A DNA stretch of 41,154 nt from Raillietiella orientalis (taxonomy: Eukaryota). Positions 21,601 to 31,225 of the stretch are shown here, piece by piece (within the stretch, counting starts at the first letter, position 1; every line of letters starts with the position of its first letter). A program made the position numbers and the translations under genes. Under the pieces are notes generated by a model. The model was not told the origin of the DNA and ran no database searches. It saw only the letters and a program-made list of their open reading frames with translations. The stretch spans positions 310,001 to 351,154 of the forward strand of contig JAYWIR010000080.1 in assembly GCA_036172245.1 (NCBI GenBank), read 5' to 3'.

Positions 21601-24600
21601 GAAGTGACTGCTTTTTCCATCTATTTCTTTTTCTGTCCATCGTTTCTATCCATGCTGCCTTTCCATAAAGACATGAGAACAATCAGAAATGTGAAAGCTT
21701 TTTGCTTTGTGTTTCTTGTGATGCCCTTTCTTTGTATACTTTTCGCTTATATCGAAATATCTGGGCTTCTCTTTCCATCGTAGCTCATGAAGAATAGTGG
21801 CTAAAAAATCTTCCTTTTTTTTTTTTTTTAATATATATTGAAGTGGGAGCTTGATTGCTTGACCAGTGGACAGCTCTCGTCGATTCCCATTCGTGGGTTT
21901 CTCAATTAGATGCATTGCCTAGTCAGGTTCCGCACATCCATTGCAAAATCTTGAAAGCACGTCTTGCACATTTCGAAGAGGTTCAATACCATGGTCTTTT
22001 CTTTAGTTGTTCATCTGTCCCTTAATCCCGTTATGCCCACAGGCTTCAAAATATAGCAAATAGGTCGATCCTCCTAGAGGCCGGAACGGTGTTTGATTTC
22101 CATGAGGCTTTTTCTTTTTTTAAAAAAAAAAAACGAGAATGAAACGTTGTTAATTTTATTCTCATACTATATCCAATTCAGTAATTCTTAGGCTAAATCT
22201 TCGAATTTTTGCTGTTTAATCATTTGAAATTTCATGAATTTCAGGTGGTCAAGTTTCCTTTAGCTTGTCGTGGCTTTCTAACGAGTTGTTTGCAGATCTG
22301 CTTTCGTGGTTCTGGGCAAATGAAGCATTGGTCTTATCATCTAGTTGTTCCGGAGGAATGCTATTACTTGTGTATTGGTGGCTGCTGCTATGCTCTTCAC
22401 GTTCTTAAGATGGCAGTGGACTTGCGCGGTATTGATTTGCTGCAGTGTTATGATGGGAGCATAGTAGCAGTTGCCGTCTAATGTCTGTCTAATGAATTCT
22501 CGAATCGCAAAAAATTTGTGTGCAAAGTTCGAATTTCTGCAATTTGACAGAAAACATGAATGCAACAGCAGACCTATGGTTTTAGAGCTCAAAGTATTGC
22601 CTTCTTTTCCTAATTCGTTATCAGTCTGCTCACGAGCAATTTCAGCTAGTGTTTTCAAACATATGTCTCTTTATTTCAGATAGAAAAAGTTCGGCTTTTG
22701 GATAAGAACGCCCCCAAAAGTTCTCTCGTGGGAACTTTGTATCTGACTGCTACTCATCTAATATTTGTGGATCCTGAAAATAGAAAGGAGAATTGGGTAT
22801 GAAAGTGTTGCTAATTTAAATACATTTCACGTATATAGTGCGTTTTTATTCATTTTTCAAAGCAAGGCTGTGATAGTTTGCCTTTTTTAAAGAAAGTAAA
22901 TGATCAATAGAAATCTCATGGGTTGGTTTAAAACGACAAAGGTATCGTAGTTTGGCAAACCAACCCGATGAGTGTATACAGTGAGGTTTATTAAAGGATT
23001 TATCTTTTGTTTCTCTGTTGAATTGATAAATTTATTATTTAGCTTTTAGAAATTGCAACCATCAAGACTTGTGCATCGTATAATGTTAGTTTAATGTAGC
23101 TTATTCTTCCGGTTGGAAAATCTTTTGTTGAAAAGTCTGTATGGTACTTGTATGATAACCGATACGGTTTCTGATCTGTTGTCGTCCATGTGGTTTCTTG
23201 AATCATCTGTACAAAGTTTTGCAGAAAGATTCTCAGGTTTGAAACCGTTTAGTTCTCCTTATTGAATCAGTTCTCTCGATTTCATCATGCGTCGATTCAT
23301 TCACTTCCGTTTCGTTTGTTTTACGAGTTCGTTGTTTTGTTAGTAACTATACTGCAGGCTCTTCCATTAGGGGAATATCAGTGGGGATCGTTTTTGCGGG
23401 TTAGAAATCCAAACGGAAAACAACAGCAGCAACAGGAAGAGATTCAGGAAGATGCTTTTGCTATGCTTTCTAAGGTGTGTCAAGTGTCTTCTTGACAGGT
23501 GTCTTCCTAAAAATTAAGTGTATGCTGTTATGCTGTATAATATAAACTGTGCCCACTTTGAAGGTTCTCAAAGTATCGCAAAAAAAATATCTCGTGATTG
23601 AGAGTGAAAGTTTAGTTATCGGCGAGGTTTGTCAATTTGGACGGACTGCAACTAATGGAAAATTTCAAACATTATTGTAAGGAATTATTGTACTACAATA
23701 TTAAAATAACAGCAATGCTGAACACATTTTGATAAAAGGCGAAACAGAATCTTAGTAGTAAAAATTATTACTGCTGAATCATTTCGTATTTAAACGTTAT
23801 CGCACCCATATAGTGGGATCTTTCGTTTTCATACTGTTAGGAGTGTTTCATCGTCGTAATTTCTTAGTAATTTCATTATTTGCGTTGGCTTTGAATACTG
23901 AAACTTAACTGCTTTTCCGGAATTTCATGCCTGCGAAATTGAAGTTCAGATTCTTAGCTTCTCGGTTTGACACGTGATGCTGACTACTTTTTGTATTACA
24001 TTTTTTTACGTTGTGTATTTCAAACCTATTCCTAATCGAGGAAATTGTTTTACGTGCGTCATTTTAATAAGCGTTATTTTTCACACTATGGTATCACCAC
24101 CTAAAATCATCATTTTATGTGTGTTATCGAAAGCTGTGTGTTGTTATCGGAAAATCTCATGTGTGAAAAAAAAATAAAGTCAAAGGTGACTATGGGAGAA
24201 TAATTCATTTGTTTTCCTGATCATTATCGGTCTTTTTAAAATTCGCTCAAAGGTATTTAGCATACATTCGCGTAAGTGAAAAGTGCAATCATACTGATTG
24301 CAATTCTGTACAGTGTACAGAATCAGGCTTCAAGACATTTGCAAAAATAAGCTCTTATACGTATACACTTGAATTCTTGAGGATCGCTTTTGACTGGAAG
24401 CTGCATCCCTCGAATCTGTTGAAAGCTAAGTGTGGTATTCAGCCTTAAAAACTGCATGTTCCTGTGTTCTGTCGATTGAATTTTTCAGTGTAGTGATTGA
24501 AGGGAAATGATTTGCACTTGCAAGCCATGTCGTTGTGCGCTTACATTGCCCATTATGTTTTCCAGATTTTGCTAATGCATATTGCGTCAGTGGAAAAGCT

Positions 24601-27600
24601 TCCTTTATCGCTGGCAGGGTCTCCATTGCTTATTCGATGTAAGACATTTCTTTGTTCCACTTTTGTAATACCTAAAGAAAGGGACTGTTTAGAGATCTAT
24701 CAGTCTATTTTGAAGCTTTCTATGCCAGGTATAGAGTGTAACATTTCTTAAACAATAAACATGGAAAGAAATTTTTTTCTTCTTGTTCTAGCAACGATAG
24801 GAGAGCTTTTTTGTTTTCGTTATACTGTTCCTTCCTCTGCTATGCCTAAGCAAGTAGGCTGGAATTTTTTCGATTTACAAGCTGAATATCAAAGACTGGG
24901 GGTCCCCAATAATTTGTGGCATCTTTGCACGCTGAATGCGGATTATGAGGTAAGATTTGTTTTTGTTTTGTTTTGTTTTTGTTTTTACTGTTTAAGGACA
25001 GTTGCTATTACTTTTAATTCAGGAAAGTAGCTTATTGATGTAGCTCGAATAGCTAAACGATCTCTAAAGCTCTGCCAAGCGAAACATCATTATTTCGTTG
25101 TTGTTATGTTTGTGATCGTTTCGAGGATTACCTCCAACCTATTTTTCAAAGAAGTATGACAAGATAATTCCTTCGGACTTTATTTCAGTAATGAAGATGA
25201 AAGGAGTGGCAGAAGGAACGCGACATCATTTTCATGTTATTGGCAGCAGCAGCATTTCTCGATGCCAATGCTAGCGATAAAGCATGAGCTACACCCCTGA
25301 CCCTTCTTCTTTTTTTTTTTTTAATAAGCCGTAGTTAGTTACGTTCTGTTCATTCAGGCACTCACACAGGAGGTTGTTTTTACGAATCGCTTTTAGTGTA
25401 ATGCAGAAAACGGGTGCAAGTGGGATTTCTTGGGCATTTGCCGATTCACTTTTTGTGTAACTATCTATTCACGCTTTGGACGTTTAAATAGCATGCATAT
25501 TGAAAATCATATTTCGTTGTTAAATGTGATCGAAACCCGTGAAGTATCGACTAAATGTAAGTATTAATTGAATTAGTGCTTCAAATTCTCAGACAAAAGA
25601 GAAAGATTTTCAATGGTCTAGATAGGGTTTTTATTATTTTTATTTACATTTGTACAGAGGAACTTAACTTCAGTAGTGGAACGCTTATGAGCCTTTAACA
25701 TTCCAAACTGAAAGTGATACCTAACTGGAGCAACCTGTGCGTGTTTACGAAAATATGGCATAGAACGTCATCTTCATCCGTGAGTTTCAGTAATTTGTTC
25801 CCAGAAGTCGAGGCATAATTCATTTCTGATTCCTTACTGAAGGTATTCGGTGCGAAGAGAGATGTATGCTCTATCTCTGTTGAACCTGCTGCTGTATTCG
25901 TGCAGTTGTATTTCAATTGTATTTGTGCAACTTTGAGTGAGATTTGGATACAAATGTGTTACTCACTGCGTTGCATTTTCAGGAGTCGCTTGATACTAAA
26001 ACACTTTCCTCCTTGAGTCTTAATTACAGAGTGGGAGCGAAAAATTTAAAAAAACAAAAAACAAACGGAGCTGTTTTAAAACTCGGGGATCTTTTTGTTT
26101 GTGTTCTCCCAAATCTGCGTTTATTTCAAAATAACCAGACATATGTAATTGCTTGGAACATGTTGTATATCTAGAAAGCATCGTGGTTGTTTTTTTTTTT
26201 TCTTCTTCTTGGAGTTTGCAGTTTTCATTTCATCCTTTCCTCGTTTCACGGCGCCGTTGTAAACGATCAAGTTTCCTATGCGACCACCGCCCAGTATCTG
26301 TGGGTGTTTACTGTGTTTTTCCTGTTGACTGTTGCAGCTCTGCGATACGTACCCGCAGTGTCTGTTCGTTCCGATGATGGCCAGCGCCACAATGCTTTTG
26401 GGCAGCTCCCGGTTCCGCAGTCGCAATCGGCTGCCCGTGCTCTCTTACCTCCACTGCAACGGAGCATCCATTTGCCGCAGTAGTCAGCCTCTTTCAGGAT
26501 TCAGCGCCCGTTGTATAGAAGATGAACAGCTGTTGCATTCTGTTTTGCTTACAAATCCGTCCTCAAAGTATATGTATGTGGTGGACACAAGGCCAAAGGT
26601 AAGCCGCTTCTGACTGGCGTTGTCAAATGAATTTGTCAAGTTTAACGCGATAGCCAACAAAGCCAAGGGCAAAGGGTACGAAAACGAAAACTTTTACGAA
26701 AACATCAAGTTTTGCTTCTTTGGTATAGAAAACATCCATGTTATGAGGAATAGCTTGGCACGCCTGCTTGAGGGTGAGTTGTGTTTTGGTTCCATCCCTG
26801 TGTTGGCATATGTGCAGGCAGCTTTCGAACAGAGAAACATCTCGGCGTTTTTGACGGGACTCTCGTCCAGTGGTTGGCTGCGCCACATCAAGGCAATTCT
26901 AGATACTGCATACTTCATAGCGGAAGCCATCAGAGATGGGATCAGTGTTGTGGTACACTGTTCCGATGGATGGGATCGTACCACGCAGACATGTTCCTTA
27001 GCTCAGCTTATTTTAGATCCGTATTACCGTACAGTTCAAGGATTTCAGGTAAAGTTTCATGTTTCAGATTCGGTAGTTTTAGGTGAATGAGTTGGTGCAT
27101 TTATGTTAGTCAGTGATGTGGTGTTATTGCGGTTGGTTTACCTGAAACAATTTCTTTTAATGGTTTTACGTTTTTGCTTCCGTGTGTGGTAACTTCCTCT
27201 TGATCCTACTACTCATTCTCATGAGTGGAAACTGGCGCGCGCGTAAGCTGGTGGTGTTACGTCATCACGTCGAATCCCTCATTGAGAGGTTTCTCATGTT
27301 TTGTCAGTCTTTTTTGTTTTTGTAACTGATGTTGTGTAATCTCAATCCGTTAAATATATTTCAAACGGTTTTCTTGTCTTCTTCTTCCATTTTTACTGAA
27401 CATTTGAATATTATGATATTTTGGGACAGTCATGAAATCAAAAATTTCTATGCCTTTGAATTTGAAACATTCAATCCTCATTTGTCCTTTCTGAAGGGGC
27501 CACCTTGTTGACAGTTTGGTACAAAGCGATGATGAATTTCGTATTCTCAGTTTAAATCTAAGAATTTTTGTCCACTGAGAGTTCCATATGATTTTCCGTC

Positions 27601-30581
27601 GGATATGGGAGACAGCCGTATGTTCGAATGTTTTCATATTTTTGTGGTTCCAGTACATCCAGTATTATTACACTTGCGGATGTTTTACTCTGTTCCACAT
27701 GTTCAACGGTGTTTTATTCTAGGTAAATTTATTCATCCAAGGTAAAATTTTCGGTTTGTCAACTCATAAAATAAAGGGAAAAAATCTGAATGAAAATTAT
27801 GAAGTAGTTGGACTTTAACCATTCGGCCCATTTTTTTTTTTTTTTATGCTTAACTTTTGCAAGTGTAAATCATGTTCAGTATGCTTTGTACTTATCGACT
27901 TTGTACTTTGTACTTTTCAACCTCAAAATGAGTACGATGTTAACTTCTTTCTCAGATTTCCATTCAGAAGGCTGTGAGTAATCTTCATTTGATCTCGTTT
28001 GATTTCCATTCTCGACGTCATGCATCTTTGATCTGAACGTGCTAATTTAATTAGACACCAGGCTAGCAGTGTCGATATTTAAGTGTTCTTGAATTTTAAC
28101 TCCATGTACGAAGGCGAGGCTTTTCAGTTTTCCAAGTTTTTTTAATACTCACATAGAGAGATTCGACAAGAGTGTCTGTTTTACTCTACGTTGAGGATGC
28201 TCTTACCTGATCTTCTCCGATTTATATTTAAATTTGATGCTACATTCAAGGCTAAGCTTCTCTGGTACAATTTAAGATTCTGTCATGTCCACATGTGGTC
28301 GGCTCGTAATCCGGTTTTGATGTATGGGCGTCTAGTTTCAAGAACGGATTTGTGTTAAGCAGTACTTTGGCGCAGTGTTTGCATGAGTCTTCAGTGAAAC
28401 ATTCAGTGAATGTAGGGAAATTGGAGGCTCTTTAGTTAGTGTGCAACATTGCATTTATTATTTTGAAATGGTAAACATTATTATACATAACTAAATGGTC
28501 ATACTGAGATTTCTTTTCCCTATCCTACAGCTTTATCCTGCTAAAAGTTCTGCTAGATTCTATTGATTCGGTTACTTCTTGTTGGGCAGTTCCGCGTTGT
28601 ATTTATTCGAAATGAGCATACTCTTTTTAGTTTAACCATTTTCGCAAGGCGAGTCGCTAGATTTATAAAAGATAGTTCATCATTAATTCCAAACCAAAAC
28701 TAAACGTCTAATTTGATTCTAAGTATCGAATTTTTTCCGTATTATGAACAATTCAAATCGAATTTAACATTATGTATTTGATGAAGAAAGCTTGGAGCTT
28801 TTTATTTTTCATGGACTGTTTGCAGTCTGTTTTTCCAAGTTTTGAATCACTGGCTAACATTCTGGCACCCCTTTTCGCAAACCTTTCATTCAATTTCATT
28901 TCAGGCCCTTATCGAAAAAGAATGGCTCAGTTTTGGACACAAATTCACTGATCGTTGTGGCCTGCTATCGGGTGATGCCAAGGAACAGTCGCCAATCTTC
29001 ACTCAGTATCTCGATTGCACGTGGCAACTGATGAATCTTTTCCGAAATGCCTTTCAGTTCAATGAAAGGTTTTTGTTCTTCCTCCATGATCATGTTTACT
29101 CGACCCAGTATGGAACTTTCCTCGGAAATTCCGAAAAGGAACGTAAAGATTTGCGTTTGTCAGAGCGTACATACTCTCTTTGGGGTTACATCGCCACGCG
29201 AATGGAGGAATACCTAAATCCTTTATATATCGAAGGAGAATGGGGGCCCTTGGGAGATCGTCTGTTGATACCTCAAGATATAAAATTATGGAGGAACATG
29301 TATACACGTTTTGAAAACCATAGGCAACAGTGTGAAAACTGGGACGAAGCCGTGGGTGCTTTAGCTGAACACACGGAAGCTTTGCGAGAGCACCACAAGC
29401 TCCTGAAAAAAGTAATAAGTAGTAAGATAGATGTTATTTTCAACTTATTATTTAGCTTTATCCTGTAGCGAGCTCGAGTGCTTGAAAAGCTTCTAAAGCA
29501 CTTGCAGAAAGCCCACATGGAAAACGACGGCGACATAGACAGAAAAGAAATGGAAAAGCATACGGTATTTGACGATTTCATTTGTTTTTGTTTTTCGATC
29601 TGTTTTCTTTCAACACACCTGTAGAATTTTTAAAAAAATGTATTACGGTATTGACCTTTGCGAACTCTTGTGTATTTTGCCCCTATTGTGCTCACTCTTC
29701 GCGTGGTAGTTCTCTTAGTTTTTTGTTGGTGTCTTTCTAAAACCAAAAAAAAAAAAAAAGAGAGAATGCCGCAGGCGTTTCTCAGCATCCCGCAAACTGA
29801 GAAGGCTTCTGGACGGATGTAATGCGCCAACATGCCGTAATGGCCAGTAAGCGGACTTTCATTTCAAACTCCACGATATACCACCGACTCAACAACCCAT
29901 AGCGTTTCGTTTTACGAAAAGTCCGTCGGGTTTCAGTAGATCCGAGTTGGTAACGTTCCTCTGGTTGTGCAGTTGGCTTGGCCGGAAGTCAAATGCAATA
30001 TGCTGAGTTTTTTTGAATGCGGTTTCCAGGCACTTGTTCCACGTTGCTTTGTGAATTTTGTGGCACAATCCGCAAAGCAGTGTGGAGTGAGCAATATGTT
30101 GTGCATCTGCGGGAAGGGAATGCCGGCAAACTTGTTGGGGAACCGAATGGCATTTCGGTATACGAATGTATAGGCATTTATTGTAAGGTTTGTATTTTTT
30201 TTTTTTTAAAGATCGATTCGCAGGGAAACGTCACGAAGGCCGATCTACTTTCGCTACGTGGTCTGTCAGAAGAACTCCAATCAGTAGCTTTGAATTGGAA
30301 AAGTCTTCGAAATGTAAAAGAGTGTACCTGCACAACACCGTTGGACCAATTTCGCCGAAAAGTTGTGAGCAAAAATCAAAGTAACCTACTGCACTATTAG
30401 ATTTTTTTTTTTTTCCCGCCCCTTCTGGTTCTTGTAGTATCATTGCTGGCGTTGTGGCGAAGTGTTCTGCACTCGTTGCATTGATAGATATTCTGCACTT
30501 CCTGGACTTGATAGCAAGCGTGCTGTACCTTTATGCAGAAACTGTTTTAAGGAATCTTTCCGTGTGAATGAAAATTCTTGA
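18627..30581 (+). CDS. MTMR6: Myotubularin-related phosphoinositide 3-phosphatase, MTMR6/7/8 group, with C-terminal FYVE domain; spliced gene span
   Basis: Exons 18627-18650, 22680-22796, 24566-24728, 24792-24949, 26338-26598, 26641-26773, 26822-27048, 28905-29411, 29469-29564, 30212-30361 and 30438-30581 join in frame with GT-AG ends (1980 nt, 659 aa + stop). Domains: PH-GRAM (GTLYLTATHLIF), catalytic VHCSDGWDRT, LIEKEWLSFGHKF, coiled coil, FYVE. Confidence 0.95.
22680..22796 (+). CDS. MTMR6: MTMR6-like exon 2 (PH-GRAM)
   Basis: TTTCAG acceptor; IEKVRLLDKNAPKSSLVGTLYLTATHLIFVDPENRKENW; GTATGA donor. Confidence 0.92.
24566..24728 (+). CDS. MTMR6: MTMR6-like exon 3
   Basis: ILLMHIASVEKLPLSLAGSPLLIRCKTF...IPKERDCLEIYQSILKLS; TTCCAG acceptor, G|GTATAG donor. 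Confidence 0.93.
24792..24949 (+). CDS. MTMR6: MTMR6-like exon 4
   Basis: ELFCFRY...GWNFFDLQAEYQRLGVPNNLW...NADYE; GAG|GTAAGA donor. Confidence 0.93.
26338..26598 (+). CDS. MTMR6: MTMR6-like exon 5
   Basis: LCDTYP...SSRFRSRNRLPVLSYLH...ICRSSQPLSGFSARCIEDE...VVDTRPK. Confidence 0.95.
26641..26773 (+). CDS. MTMR6: MTMR6-like exon 6
   Basis: FNAIANKAKGKGYENENFYENIKFCFFGIENIHVMRNSL. Confidence 0.93.
26822..27048 (+). CDS. MTMR6: MTMR6-like exon 7 (catalytic CX5R motif)
   Basis: SGWLRHIKAIL...VVVHCSDGWDRTTQTCSLAQLILDPYYRTVQGFQ; catalytic Cys and Arg intact. Confidence 0.95.
28905..29411 (+). CDS. MTMR6: MTMR6-like exon 8
   Basis: ALIEKEWLSFGHKFTDRCG...SPIFTQYLDCTWQL...FQFNERFL...YGTFLGNSEKER...YLNPLY. 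Confidence 0.95.
29469..29564 (+). CDS. MTMR6: MTMR6-like exon 9 (coiled-coil continuation)
   Basis: CTGTAG acceptor, RARVLEKLLKHLQKAHMENDGDIDRKEMEKHT, GTATTT donor; phase 0/0. Confidence 0.72.
30212..30361 (+). CDS. MTMR6: MTMR6-like exon 10 (start of FYVE)
   Basis: Poly-T tract plus AAAG acceptor; ...ELQSVALNWKSLRNVKECTCTTPLDQFRRK. The donor could be at 30362 or 30365. Confidence 0.85.
30438..30581 (+). CDS. MTMR6: MTMR6-like terminal exon (FYVE)
   Basis: TTGTAG acceptor; YHCWRCGEVFCTRCID...AVPLCRNCF...ENS*; TGA at 30579-30581. Confidence 0.92.
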   Translation, partial: YHCWRCGEVFCTRCIDRYSALPGLDSKRAVPLCRNCFKESFRVNENS

Positions 30582-31082
30582 TTACGATGGGATGCATACA
30601 TGTGGAATAGTATGTGGCAGGGCTCAGCCGTGTCCTCTGTTGGTGCACGTGACTTGGGTGTGGTTCTCAAGGATGTGAAGGATGCGCTCCCATGAAGCTT
30701 CCTCCAAAATGCATTTAGAGCGTCATCGCATTGAAGATAAAGCAATTTACAATGATATTGCTTCGTGTTTCACAATTTTTGTGATGCATTTGGTTCATGC
30801 AGACGTATTTCGATAAGTTTTTACAAATGTGGCCAGAAAATATACTCTCAGATATACTGAACGTATTGAGTTCTTATTGAGCTGATGTCGTTCATGCATG
30901 TGGTAATTGATATTGATGTCCGCTGTGTATTCAATGAATAGTTCTGTTATCACAATGCAATTGTATGATCATCTGATCGTAGCTTGAATTTCTTCGTTCT
31001 ATTTTAATTTGTGCATCGTAGTACACAATTCGTGTTTTTGTTGTTCCATCTTATGCAGGATCCCTGATGTACACGTGTGGCT

Positions 31083-31225
31083 AATAAATATGCGACACGG
31101 ACATGTATTCCGTAGTGGATCTCCATTTATACCGTGTTCTTGAAATTGTGCTGTCCTACGTTGAACGATGCAAGTATTCACGTTCGGAATATTATTTTTA
31201 TCCATCGAATACCAATCTTAATAAA
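31083..31225 (+). terminator. Candidate polyadenylation signals of the MTMR gene
   Basis: AATAAA at 31083 and 31220, about 0.5-0.65 kb downstream of the stop codon. Usage unverified. Confidence 0.35.

Noticed and set aside
27528..27580. C/D-box snoRNA (ATGATGA...CTGA) in MTMR intron 7
   Set aside because: Too short, with no terminal stem or recognisable rRNA guide.
29761..29850. Alternative terminal exon in MTMR intron 9
   Set aside because: The AG is preceded by a poly-A run rather than pyrimidines, all frames stop quickly, and there is no homology.
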